A stretch of DNA of 62,690 bases, the filler included, from Rhabdomonas costata (Eukaryota), in NCBI GenBank assembly GCA_019059605.1. It is 28 parts of 28 records of this genome, joined end to end, with 100 filler letters (N's around TTAATTAATTAA, not from the genome) between each part and the next. Parts side by side here need not be neighbours in the genome. Positions count along the whole stretch, not along the records: positions 1 to 2,143 come from JAHMHO010005315.1; positions 2,244 to 4,390 come from JAHMHO010005316.1; positions 4,491 to 6,632 come from JAHMHO010005317.1; positions 6,733 to 8,874 come from JAHMHO010005318.1; positions 8,975 to 11,115 come from JAHMHO010005319.1; positions 11,216 to 13,390 come from JAHMHO010005320.1; 22 more parts are not named here. One strand, given 5' to 3'. Within the stretch, counting starts at the first letter, position 1, and each line of letters begins with the position of its first letter. This document shows, one piece after another, positions 1 through 12,140 of this stretch. The notes beneath the pieces were generated by a model. That model was given only the letters and a program-made list of their open reading frames with translations. It made no database searches and was not told where the DNA came from. A program made the translations under genes and the position numbers.

Positions 1-314
1 GGTGTGGGTGCTATATTCTTGTGCGCAGAGCTGACATCTGGAATGCACAAGCTATCCACGCGATTGGGTGCACCCACGTGACAGCTCGCTTACTCGCTCG
101 CTCCTGTGATCGGATGATGTGTTGAAAGGCTGCTTGGAAACACCATCCAATAACACTTCCTGCTGTCCTGAGCTTATGAAGCATAAGTTCCTTTGGCATC
201 TGAAGGCGCTGATTGTTCCGTTTCACTCGGGACAAGTCTCAGGGCCTCCACTGCAAAGACCTTCGGTTGGTTGAAAGTGGTTATTCTCAGAAACTGAAAT
301 TCTTCTCCTCTCAG

Positions 315-2076
315 CATGAGGCCCTGCAGCAGGTGGTGGTAGAGCGGAACATGCTGTGGGAGAAGCTTTTGGAGGCCCAACAGGAGGTCCAGGCACACCG
401 CGCCCGGTGCGAGGAAGAGAAGTTACAGTACCTCAAGCAGTACGGCCCTTTGGTAGTGATCACATTCAAGAACCAGCCTCTGGATGAGGTTGCTTTCACA
501 CGATCTTTGGGTCGCCATCACATTTGAGCTTGTCTGTTTCCGAAGTTAAATACCTTTGGTTGTGCGAAAGGCTGCTCGTTCGACTTTTCATCGATTTGGG
601 CTGCTGTTGTGTACAAAAGCGCAAAAAACGAAATTCCCTTTTTCGTTGGGGTTTTGTGGGGTTCCGGGACGTTGCAAATGACCTACAGACCTCCATGTCT
701 CTTTTTCTTGTGTCTACTGTGAAAATCCGAATCTATTCCTGTGTACTTCCCGCTTCTTTCCTAGTTTCTGATGGACCTGGCGGAGTGCCTGGGGCTTCAT
801 TTCGCGGAAGAGGTCACGGACATACCCAGAAGAAGCCGTGCGCCGCCGAAGCCGAAGTCAGGGATTGTGATGCGAGATCACAAGGAAAATGAAACCGGCG
901 AGGGCGGCGTCGTGAAGACGGAAGACGAGCCCGTGGCTTTGGTGCGAGTGGGCGGAGGGTCGCAGCGTCCGGAGCTGAAGGCAGTGAACCTGAACCGTTT
1001 TGTACGTGACGAGGTGGCCTCAACTAGGTGTCTACTCTCTCCCCGCCTCTCACAGTCGTCATCGCACTATGTCTGCCGCTCAGCCCGGCACTGCTGCCCC
1101 TTGTCAGAGTTCCCAATGCACGGCTTCGTGTTGTTTTTGGCGTGCAAATGAACGTCCTCCGTTCTCCGATTTTCTGATTGTAGACGATTGTAGAGTCGCT
1201 AATGGTTGCAGTTCCCGGGTTAGTGTTACGTTTTGTACCAACCGCTGTAAAACTTTGGCGGAGGCGGAGGGGGGGCTAATGAGTGGTCTCGTTCCCATTG
1301 TCCCTACAAAGTCGTCTGGCTGTCTTCATCGACTCACGGGTTACACCTTCCCCGACTTGCACCTTATTCGGTGTTTTTGTGTTTGTGTTGTATGCGTGGT
1401 TGCGCAGTTGCAGCACTGCAACACTGGTGCTGTGGGCCAAGGGCTATAGATGCGCGAATAAACGAAGAAACCGTTCAGGGGCAACGGCATCCTAGTGTGC
1501 TCCTAATACAAACCACGCTCGAGCGCACTGGAGCACTGCTCGCCTGACCTTACGCTTGCATTCGCTTTGGAAAACTAGCTTTTGGACCTTTGCCTTCTCC
1601 ACAGATTTTACGAGACATCGTTGCGCAAAAGGCTGGAGGGCATGCTGAAGCTCCAGCGCCAGATTGTCGATCTGATGGCCACCCTCAAAGCAGGTGCACG
1701 TTGGCCTCTCGACCACAGAGGAGACGTTTCCTGCTTTTTCCCCAACAGGGGCCTGACCTTCTATCTGCACCAGGCCCCTGATTGCAAGTGTTTGCATGTT
1801 CGGTTGCTGTACTTGCACCACCACGGCCAACTATTGAACTGTTGTCTGCGATCCCGCGAAGATTTGTGCGACGTGTAGGGGGCGATGGGGTCAGGTATTC
1901 TGACTCCTTCCACCTTGCTCCGGAGCCTAAGCGAGGCTCAGCTGCAGGGCTTTGGGGCGGTCACCCAGGCGGCGGTGGACTCGTGGCTGGGCCAAAGTGG
2001 GAGCTCTCAGGCTGCGCTCAACCCGTGGGCCCTCATTGTGAAGGAGCACCTCGCCTCGCTCCGCCAGGAGGCCAAG
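315..2076 (+). CDS. Hypothetical multi-exon protein with a coiled-coil segment (partial)
   Basis: GT-AG bounded, GC3-rich exons join in phase: HEALQQVVVERNMLWEKLLEAQQEVQ...YGPL | FLMDLAECLG...STR | FYETSLRKRLEGMLKLQRQ... | GILTPSTLLRS...QEAK. No family recognised. Confidence 0.5.
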
Positions 2077-2143
2077 GTGGGGCTTCTGGAACTGTGTGCT
2101 CGCCTTGAGTTACGTTGGGACACAACAACATACAAAGTGATTA

Positions 2144-2243
2144 NNNNNNNNNNNNNNNNNNNNNNNNNNNNNNNNNNNNNNNNNNNNTTAATTAATTAAN
2201 NNNNNNNNNNNNNNNNNNNNNNNNNNNNNNNNNNNNNNNNNNN
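2144..2243. other. Artificial contig-joining spacer (first of 27)
   Basis: 44 N + TTAATTAATTAA (stop codons in all six frames) + 44 N. The 12-mer recurs at 2188, 4435, 6677, 8919, 11160, 13435 and so on up to 60494, about every 2.24 kb. Confidence 0.99.
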
Positions 2244-2920
2244 TCCTTGGAAAGAAAGCGTCTCTTTAGACACGCTGCTACTTCTTGGCTTCTGGCTTAG
2301 ACGTGATGTTTCTTGCGGCTTCTTCCCGGAGTGCATGGGGGTGCATGTTGTATACTTGGGTAGGGGGGGGTGCACGTCGTATACGAGCGCCATATATCCT
2401 TCAATGCACCTGAACATGCTTGCAATAAAGGGGGGCACATATACGCAGGTAATTACTTTCTTCTGAGAGACCTGTCTTGTGTGTCTGAAAGTGGACACTC
2501 AAAACCATCTCTGGTATCCTTTTTCCGCATTCTGCGGCCATCCTGGAGATTTGGCCCTGGTTGTTGATGCTGTTTATGCCACTATTGCCTGCCTGCCAGG
2601 ACACCATCCACAGCGTCACTGCAGGCCCCACGGTGAAGATGCACTTCGCCACTAAGATAGCCCATTTTAGAGAGAGCCATGGGTTGGCCCTGGGCTGCAC
2701 AGGGGGGTCCGCCTGGCGAGCGGTCACGGCGGGCTTGCATTCGCTCACCTGCGACGAGGAGTCCAAAATTGGGCCAGGCTGCGGACTGTAGAGGCTGGTC
2801 CTCCCACACCGCAGTGGCCCAGAGACATTGTCAAGAAGGGGAAGCAAGGGAAAGAAAGACAAAAGAACAGGGAAAAGTGCACTACAAAAAGGTTTGTGAA
2901 ACCTTTGCGCAGATGAGGTC

Positions 2921-2942
2921 CTACTACTACTACTACTACTAC
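2921..2942. repeat. (CTA)n microsatellite
   Basis: ctactactac... seen directly. Confidence 0.9.
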
Positions 2943-3471
2943 ATATATTCCGTCCTCGGAGACACGAGACGCTGATATGAAGATATCATTGCAAAATGAC
3001 TTCCCAGTGATTCAGCTTTTATTCTAAAGTAATGCTGCATCGCTTTGTTTCCAGCCTAGCGTCTGAGCACAATTTCCATTTAAGTCAAAGGCTGACTTTT
3101 CGTGACAAATAGAGTGCAACTTCGTGCCTTGTGGTCTGTGGGCTGACGGACCAGCTGCCTTTCAATCCTCAGCAGCCATTTCATAGCCAATGAGTGTCCC
3201 TCTGTCTTCCTTCCAGTCGCGGAGGGGGAATCATCTGCAGAGGTCTCAACGTCTGAATCTCAAACAAGTGGAAGTAGAGGCCACAGAAGACAGCCAAAGC
3301 ACAAGGGCAGATGTTAACGCGGGAGGCCCTCTCATCGAGGGGCTCCGGCACCCACTGCCGCGCGGTTAGAGAGAGAGAATGGCCCAGTTGTTTAGGACAA
3401 ACAAACACAAGAGAAATCCATCGGCCATCCTGAGAAATATATACGGCTCTGAAGAGTGGTACTTCCCAAGA

Positions 3472-3475
<4 letters not shown>

Positions 3476-3508
<33 letters not shown>
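3476..3508. repeat. (AG)n microsatellite
   Basis: Uninterrupted agagag... run. Confidence 0.95.
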
Positions 3509-3511
<3 letters not shown>

Positions 3512-4490
3512 TGCGTGTATGTTCAGCAGAAGGGCCCACAAATGAAAAGAGGCACAGGAATGCACTGCTGGAAGCAGACCCACTCTCTCCGGTGGTTTTT
3601 TCCAACACAGAGAGGACCTGCACCAGAAATGAAGGGGGGGAAAAGAGAACATTTAATCGGGAACACCCATCCTCCTCAGCAATGCCCAGAACCTGAGATC
3701 GCTGAGGGGCGACAGGCCAAGGAAGAGCTCTGCGGATAAGGTCCATTTGTTTTCAGCGTTTTTGGGCTCATGCGGCAAGGGCGGCGTGCAGCTCGGGGGC
3801 AATGAAGTCCAGGGGGTGGCCCTCGGCCTTCAGAACCTTGAACTGCTCCTTGGCCTGAACCCCACGCACCCTTAATGTTCCCTCATGAACACCACACACA
3901 ATACCTGTGCTTGCTGGCCCCCAAGCTGGCAGTGATTCTGGACAAACCGAGACCAAAGCGAACTGGTGTTTAACAGAGCGAGCTCCCTGTTAAAATTGTT
4001 CCCTAATCGGTCTCTGCAACTACTCTCCCTGCCCAGGCCCCACAGGAACGTCAAAAGTAAATTAGACCCATAGTCATATTCGGAGGGGGAGCCGGTGACG
4101 GTGACGGCGTTGTGTGGTGCAGCTTCCCTGATGATGGAGGCGCCCCCCGTATGCTGGCCACAGACTCAGCGCAGTGGGACAGAGAAGCAACAGCAGAAAG
4201 GCACGTTCTAAGCACTCTATCCTTTCATCCACCCAACTTCAGGCACAGAAAGACAGAACGTTACCTCGGCGTGCATCTCCGCGGCGTGCTTCTCCAGCAG
4301 CTCCACCATCTTTGCCGTGGCGGACTGAACGGAGCTCACACGAGAGAGCTGCTTGCGGGCTCGCGACCACAGCCGCAGGGAGGTCTCGTCNNNNNNNNNN
4401 NNNNNNNNNNNNNNNNNNNNNNNNNNNNNNNNNNTTAATTAATTAANNNNNNNNNNNNNNNNNNNNNNNNNNNNNNNNNNNNNNNNNNNN

Positions 4491-5610
4491 GGGTTGGGGT
4501 TGCATTCCCCATGGCTCGGGGCGCCGTGATTGAGCGCGTGTGCGAGGGTGGGTGGACCGCAACTTCGTACTGTCATGGATGCTTTGAGACCCCTAGGACA
4601 CGGAGAGCAATATCCGCATGGGATAATGCTCCAGGACGCGGAACTGCAGCACGAGGGATTACCAGCAGAGAGAGCATCGGACTGCACTGAGCAGCACCGG
4701 TTCTCGAGATCTTCGCAGGTGGATTGTTTTGGTGATTGCCTCTCTCCCGTTGATAATTTGTGGATGGCAGAGCAGTTGCGAACTTTTGAATGAAGGACGG
4801 CGTGGTTAGGCCGTGCCCCACACCTCTCCCCAAAAGGCTCAGCTGCTGCAGTTCAACGCCAACATGGACAGCCTTGCCGGGGAGCAGGAGCTGGCGAGCC
4901 CCAGCGGGAAGCCTCCGCCTGCCAGCACCCTCCCCGAGCCATGCACCTCGGCATCCCTTGTCCGAGCCGTAGCTCAGGCAACAACGCCTTCCCCATAACC
5001 CACCCATACACAGCACAGTTGTATACGTTTTTTGCTTTGCCTGCCGTCGTTTTCTTTGAGTTGGAGGTGCGCACGCCACCAGTGTCCGGTAGGTCTTCTT
5101 TTGATGAGTTGGGGTATTTTTCGCTGCACTTTCCAGTTCCTAGTAGGGTTTTTCTGGTAGAGTTTTGTTTGGTTGGTATCTGGGACCCGCGGGGTAGGTG
5201 GACATTACTGTTTTGTTGCTGGTGCTCCCCGGACAACAGTATTCTGGGGATTTCCGTGCGAGCACCCAGGCAGCACGCGTTGTAAGCCAGAGACAATTTT
5301 TTCATCCCTTTTGGGGCCATTGCTTGCTGCCTTTTTTTTTCGGCTCTCTCGCTTGCTCTCTCCAAAATCCAAAAAAAAAAAGCGACTTTTCGTTCTTATT
5401 TTCCTCTCCTTTGTTACCTCTTGCTGGTGATGCGGGCTATCGATCGATAACCGACATCCGTGAGTTCTTTGTGGCTCTTTTCTGTGGGTTGGGGCAGACT
5501 ATCTCAGCGCTGTCACAGTCCGAGGTCTTGCAAGTCTTCGAGCTGCTGGGCAAGACTGGGGCCGCCCCGGTGGCCCGCGACACGGCCAGCTACCAGATCA
5601 TTTCCAACCT
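4491..5610 (+). CDS. Possible hypothetical multi-exon protein (partial)
   Basis: Coding-like segments bounded by splice-like sites (...RFSRSSQ|gtgg; aag|AQLLQFNANMDSL...; cag|TISALSQSEVLQVFELLGK...). No family recognised. Confidence 0.35.
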
Positions 5611-6533
5611 GTGCGTCGGTGTTGTGATTTTGTGTGCCTGTTAACACGAATGTGGCGGGTCTCTGGTCGTGGAGCTAAGGTGATGGCAGCGCAGCGTTTG
5701 ACGCTCAGGACAATTTTTTCGCTGTGCAACATCAATTTTTTTTAAAAAGAAATTTGGCAAAATTACGGGCTGTGAGTAGAAATCACCAACCACCAACTCT
5801 GAAAAGGTAAGGCCACGAAGTCCCAATACGTGTATTCAAAGCGAACACGAGAACGCAACAAAGAATGAACGGGCACCCAGTTAGGGTGTGTGCTGAGGGG
5901 GGGGGGTGGTAACGGTTGCCAGTCGTGGTGAGAACTGACCTGTTACTAGCCGTTAGCAGAAGTTCCGGAGGTTTGTCTAGGAGTCTGGAGGGGGGGAATT
6001 TATGTTTTCCCTCGGCCGTTGTAGCTGCCTGCAGACCATCGAGAAGAAGCGGGACTCCAGTGAGTCTCCGCTGTCAGGGGGCAACTCTGCTCAACTTTTG
6101 GAAGACCTTGCGGTGGCGCTGGACCAACAGCTTCAGGTGTAGCTCCCTGGCCCCTGCTCCTTTCATTGGATGGCCCGCGTCATCTCAAAAGTAAGAGGTA
6201 GGGGTAGACACAAAGAACAGGCCGAAACGAGGCAAGAACACCTCAGGTCAAAACCAGTTTTTTTTTACTACTCCTTTTTAGCTTCCAAGCCCAGCCTGAT
6301 TTAGAGTTCACTTTTTTCGGTTGTAGAATTCTGAGGTGACAGGGACTTTTTTTTCGCTCGCCCCCCCCCCCTGGAATATGAACTCTGTGCTTGCTTTCCT
6401 GAAGAAAGGGACAGAGGGGAGGCCAGAGGAGAAGCCAGAGAGGCGAATGGAGGTGTGTAGTTCCTTTTTGCAGTGTTTGCTGTTGGTGTCTTCCAAATAA
6501 TTCTCCACGTGTGTAGCCAGCCCTGGGGGATTC

Positions 6534-6626
6534 TGGTGGTGATTTTAGCTTTTTGTGTGTTTCCCGAAGTGGCTGAATATTATTTGGCCACTTCGGGAAA
6601 CACACAAAAAGCTAAAATCACCACCA
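6534..6626. repeat. Perfect 40-bp inverted repeat with 13-nt loop at contig end
   Basis: tggtggtgattttagctttttgtgtgtttcccgaagtggc (6534-6573) and its reverse complement (6587-6626). Confidence 0.95.
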
Positions 6627-6732
6627 ACCCCCNNNNNNNNNNNNNNNNNNNNNNNNNNNNNNNNNNNNNNNNNNNNTTAATTAATTAANNNNNNNNNNNN
6701 NNNNNNNNNNNNNNNNNNNNNNNNNNNNNNNN

Positions 6733-7600
6733 CTCCAGCAAAAGCCGCGACAGAAAATGCAAGGTTCCCATCCTGCTACTTGCGTTTGCGAGACACTGAA
6801 GCCATCGAAGCCGACGAGCAAGCGCTTCAAGGCGGGGTCCAAAAGGCGTACCACCCAGAACTTCCGCTGCGTCGTAGCGGTTGAGACTCAGGTGGAGGAG
6901 GCGAGGCATGAACTGCTTCCATTGCGCCCACAACACATCCTGAAGCGTGGTGGCGAGGAGGCATACATCGTCCGCAAAGCTGCTGGAGGCGAGGTACTCA
7001 CCGTCCAGCTCAATTTCAAGCTACTTGGAGGCATCCCAACGATGGAATGGCTCGAAAAGAACGTTCATCATGTCGGACTGGCATGACAGCCTTGTTCAAT
7101 TCCGTTAGCCATACTCCAACTGGAGCGATCTAGCTGGCCGTAGCGGAAGTTCTGATGCAACCACGCGTAGAAGTTCTGAAAGTCCCGGATCACCACCGCA
7201 TGTATTTACGCCTCTTTCATCACAACAAATAGCGCCCACCAGGGCATCGATCGGAAGCACGTTGCCACATCAAACTTCACTAGCCACACACAAATCTTGG
7301 CTGCGGCGTCGCTGAAGCTCAGTGACGTCGGAGAGGAGGTAAGTTCCATGAATAACCACGTCCAACGCGGTGATGGGACGCTGGTCTTGTGGACGAGAAC
7401 CACATGAGGTCTTGGGATCATTGCGGCATAGGCTTTCAGCAACTCATCCGGCCAAATGCCCTCTGACTCAACCAGGTCCAACATGTCCGCCACGCGTTGC
7501 AGAAAGCTATCGGGAAATACGTTACAGGCAGCAATGTGAATGGCCAGACCTCCGGAGAAGAGCGGTTTTTCATGTCACCTAGCACCACGCTGGCGCGGTA
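6733..7600 (-). mobile_element. Decayed non-LTR (LINE-like) retrotransposon reverse transcriptase
   Basis: RT motifs appear in the correct order on the minus strand across frameshifts and stops: LGDMKNRSSP; WPDELLKAYAAMIP; QRPITALD (~7369-7385); LVKFDVATCFRSMPWWAL; NGIEQGCHASP (~7072-7106); SFADDVCLL (FADD at 6967-6978). Confidence 0.85.
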
Positions 7601-9687
7601 CAAAGTCCAATGGTCATGACAGTAGTGAATGTACGTGAAGAAGCAGGAATCCCGACACGTATACAAGCGAGCTCATTCGTCTACTGTCGCATGCATCGGC
7701 CAAACACCGTGTACCCAGAATATTCGAAAACGTTGTATTAATGTTGAAGAAATAATAAAGTGCAATGTGCACAGATAAGTGTGAATAGAATAGGAACAGT
7801 TCTACTTTAAAAAGCTAGAATCGGTGTTTGATTTGCTTTTTGACTCTGCAATTCGTTTAGTAGTTTACATTTTCTATATACTGGCATTGTAAAATGGAAT
7901 GCGCGTAACATTTGAGAAAGAGAGTAGAACGATACAAAACGTCCCCAAAAACTAGATACTGAAAACATCACCTAAATCAAACTATCAAAACCTCCAATCG
8001 CGACTCAAAATTAGAGGGATGGAGTCAACTCGCTTGAATTAACATACAATGCCGTCGAAACGGAGCGAGCAAATTGACGGGAGACGGAAAATGGTCGAGG
8101 TCAATACGTTGGACTCTGACTTAAACATAACTCATGGCATGCGGCGCTTTTGTACAATTTATTCTTGTTTGCGTTGATAACTGCGTTTCACCAGAGAACT
8201 GTTGGCACAGCCTTCGGTACAGCATACTTGTTTAGTTCCACCATGTTTCCGCAAATCCGTTCATCGAATCACATACACGACCAATCACTTTTTAATGTAA
8301 ACACAATTGAGGCTATCAATGCACAAAATCTTGAAATTCAATCACAAATCATTGTATTTTCTTGAGCAATTGCGGAGCAGATAATCGGGGCATATCACAC
8401 GACGAGTTCAACATCATAAACTGGCACACAATTGCGGATAGTTCTAATATACATCAAAACGTACCGGCACATCACCGAGTACGGAAGCAAAAATACTCCA
8501 GTTGCTGCCGCGCGGGACCTCAATCAGATCAAACCAAGAATATGTTGGACAAGCGGCAAACAATTACAATCCCACTGCATCCGCTCCTTGAGCCGGTGAT
8601 GTGATCTGCAAAATTCCACCAGAGGCACGTCAATGTGCTCATAGGCCCAGGCGAACTTGGGAGCCACCTTCAAAACGTCAGCGTTGGGAGGACCCACACG
8701 ACATCAGGTAGGGAACAACCAATCATCACCCACAATGTGGGTGGCCCGCACCACTTCAAGTACTGCTAGACGCGCCGCAGGAGGCAATCAACGGTAATGC
8801 AGGTGTAAACGCTCCCCTCCAGCAGCTGGTGGGCCACCTTGAAGCCGGCGGCTTGTAGATCGGTCTGCAGTGCGNNNNNNNNNNNNNNNNNNNNNNNNNN
8901 NNNNNNNNNNNNNNNNNNTTAATTAATTAANNNNNNNNNNNNNNNNNNNNNNNNNNNNNNNNNNNNNNNNNNNNTTGTTGTGTGGCCCCATATTTCCATT
9001 GAATCCGGGTTTGTGACACTTTGTGGTAGCGGCGGTTGGGTGTAAACTGTATTTTGGTATATGGTATTGCGTTGCTGTTCGGAACATCGTCGTAATATGG
9101 TATATAGTGACGTCGTTTGGCGCCAGAAGTCAAATAGTGTTGAGGGCTCTGCCCCAGGTCTGTCAAACTTGTCAAACTTGCATGTTTTGTTACGTGTACT
9201 GTCACAAAAGACCCAGGTACGTCCCCTGAATCCGTCCCAGCCGCCCGCTCCGACAGCGTGTTCCTCTCTGCCAACCATCATGTAGCAGTTTTAGCCATCT
9301 GAAAACAGTCGGTGAGAATGACCAAGAAATGGGACAAAACCAATTTCGATCATCACCTCCCACCCCACCTCCAAAAGTGGCCCAGACCCACTCCATTTAA
9401 AGGGAGCGGCGTGGAGGTCCGTGAGGCTCTGTGGAAGGGTGTGGCTTGAGGAGCAAAGAAGGAGAAGGGACCGGGATACCTTGTGCAGCCTGGAGTTTCA
9501 AAAACTGGCAACACGCTGACCGTTGGTTGGGCCCGTGCATCGACGGGGTTTCGGAGCTCGCTTCATGCCACTTGGTGCTTTTGTGTGCGTACAAAGAGGA
9601 TTAGCTTCTTCGGCTTTTGCCCAGGCACCTGCTGTGAGACGGTGAGTAATTTCGTGCACGTAGGGGTTTTCCTTCTTTTACTTGCAG

Positions 9688-10898
9688 AACCTGCCTACTG
9701 ATGATTATTTTGGTGACGCTGCTGACTCGTCCGCTCAGTCAGATGGTCCAAGGAATGGAGCAGCTGCTGAACATGGAGTTGTCCAAGGTAGGTCGGGAGC
9801 ACCGCTCCTCCGGCTGCTTCTTTCCCTACTTTTTTTGTTGGCATTCTTTCCTGGTGCCACTCGAACTTCACCGCTTTTTTTCCTTACCTTCAGGGGCGGG
9901 ACCCGAACTTCAGCGCTTTTGCAGAGGTCAGGGAAATGCAGCACACCACGCACAGGCTGACCCAGGCCCTACTGGCCTTTGAGCGGTACCTGCCCCCTAC
10001 GGTGGTGAGGGTGCTGCTGCGAGAAACCACGCTGCATCGGCTGTGGATGACCCCAGCGGAGGTCTCGATCCACTTCAGTGACATCGTGAACTTCACGTCC
10101 GTGTCGGAGTCCCTGGGCCACGTCAAGCTCAACGCCCTTTTGGCAGAGTACCTTCAGGAGATGTCGACGATTATTATCAACAGTATGTGAGCGTGAAGTG
10201 GTAGGGGGTGTACAGATGAAAGGGGAGGGGTGCTTTTGTTTTGTTGTCCATTTTTGCTTTTAGGTGGCGGGACAATCGACAAGTACGTCGGGGACGCCAT
10301 AATGAGCTTCTGGTCTCTCACTTTTCACATGTCATGCAATGTTAGATGCGTGATGCGTTTTCGCCTGTGTTGGGCTCATTTTTGGTTCAGCGAGCCCCTC
10401 CGTGATAGCAATGCCGCTACATGAGGATGTTCCTGCACGCACGCCATTTAGCATTGTGTCAAAGTTGCATCTATAAGTCGCGAAGCTTTCTTTCGGGAAG
10501 GAAGATGGGAAGATGGGAGATCACCCCAACCAGTGCCATCCTGTCCGCGCGTTGCATAATTTTGTTAATAGTGAAGTGGTGAAATAAGTGGTAAAATAAA
10601 ACTGGGTGAACTCCATATTTTCACGCGGAAGTTGTGCTTCCGCTGTTCACTAGAAGATGGAGTACAGTTTTAGTGGCGGGACCCTATGAATGCCGCAGGA
10701 ATTCCCCAGACCTTGTGGCCCAGTACTGCTCGTGCGCCGTGGAGGCCGCGGTGCGGTGCCAGCAGAGGCTGAATGTGCTGCGGGGAAAGTGGGCGGAGGC
10801 GGGGTTGCCTGAGCTGCACTGCCGCATTGGGCTGAACTGCGGCGAAGTGCTTGTGGGGAACTACGGGTGTGAGGTGAAGATGGACTTCACCATTCTGG
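9688..10898 (+). CDS. Class III adenylyl cyclase with HAMP-like linker (partial, 4+ exons)
   Basis: Exons 9688-9787 (hydrophobic stretch then LTRPLSQMVQGMEQL), 9894-10182 (AFERYLP...VSIHFSDIVNFT), 10264-10312 (GGTIDKYVGDAIMSFW) and 10699-10898 (RIGLNCGEVLVGNYG...DFTILG). All introns are GT-AG and in phase. Both metal-binding Asp residues and the ATP-specifying Lys are present. Confidence 0.92.
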
Positions 10899-11802
10899 GT
10901 GTGTGCGCCTTCTGCTCTTGTCTGTGTCCGTGGTTCTAGCACGGATATCTAGCACGGATATCTATTCCAGGGGTGTAGCAGGCTTCTGGCGTACAGACGA
11001 ATGCAGTGAAGTTCATGTGGGTTTGATTCGCGACTTTCCGGAGGTTAGGGATTATCGTGGCGTGTGTGAGTAAAGGTCCGCAATGAACATGTTCAGATGA
11101 AGTACGCTACACCAANNNNNNNNNNNNNNNNNNNNNNNNNNNNNNNNNNNNNNNNNNNNTTAATTAATTAANNNNNNNNNNNNNNNNNNNNNNNNNNNNN
11201 NNNNNNNNNNNNNNNGTTGTGGTTGAATATGTCCCCGTGCAGCGCCAAAGAGGTGTGCAGGGGTACTAATGTTTGCCGAGAGCAAAAAATGCGACTGTAT
11301 GTGAGCGTGCTGAAGCCTAAACGGGATGCGTGTGGTGTTTTTCGAGCCTTGAGTGAGCCCAAACCATTAACGGGGACTGGTTGTCGAGGGGCAAGCGCAG
11401 CGCAGTTTCGAAATGGGCGTCAGGGTTTTGCTGAGGTATTCAAGGGCAGTGGTATGTTCAGCTGGTACGCTGTGAAATCTTCATCCCCAAAACCTTTGTC
11501 ACGCTTGGTGCCCAAGATAAGCTGCGGCCCGCGCGGGCCCCGTGAGGTCGCACGCAACCAACGCACCGACACAAGCGCTGATGAATGCTTTATTGAATGC
11601 ACATCAGGGTCCAAGAAGTTACTCTGCTGCTCCCGCGTAAAGCGTAAAGGAGGGGGTCTCTTCCAGGAATGTTGCCTTGTGTCTTGCCACATTGCACCGC
11701 GAAGAAATCATACAACCCGCAGATCGTCATCCTTACTTGTTTTAGGTGTGTTTTATGCGTTCTTTCCGTCCATTTTTCATCCATCTTTTTCTGTTTGTGC
11801 AG

Positions 11803-12099
11803 TTGTGGAAGTCATTGAGCGGGAGCACATTGTGCCCGTGGAGAAGGTCGTGACCCGCCAGGTACCGTACCCTGTGGAGCGCGTGGTTTCTAGCACGGTG
11901 ACCGTGCCCCAGCACGTGACGCAGACCGTGACCCGCCAAGTGCAGGTTTGCTTTTTTTTTGTTTCCCACAGATCAACCTACCTTTTGTTTTTATACTGTT
12001 GGGCGACAGGGGGGTAATCCTTACCACTGACAGTAGTGGCACGCCAGTCTCGCTTCTGCTTCTGAGTGAGTGAGTGAGTAAGTAAGTAAGTGAGCGAGT

Positions 12100-12140
<41 letters not shown>

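Noticed and set aside
2188-2199. Regularly spaced TTAATTAATTAA as a biological repeat or CRISPR-like array
   Set aside because: It is always embedded in exactly 44+44 N and is a six-frame stop linker added during assembly processing.
10935-10964. 13-bp tandem duplication tctagcacggata in a cyclase intron
   Set aside because: A simple local duplication with no associated element.
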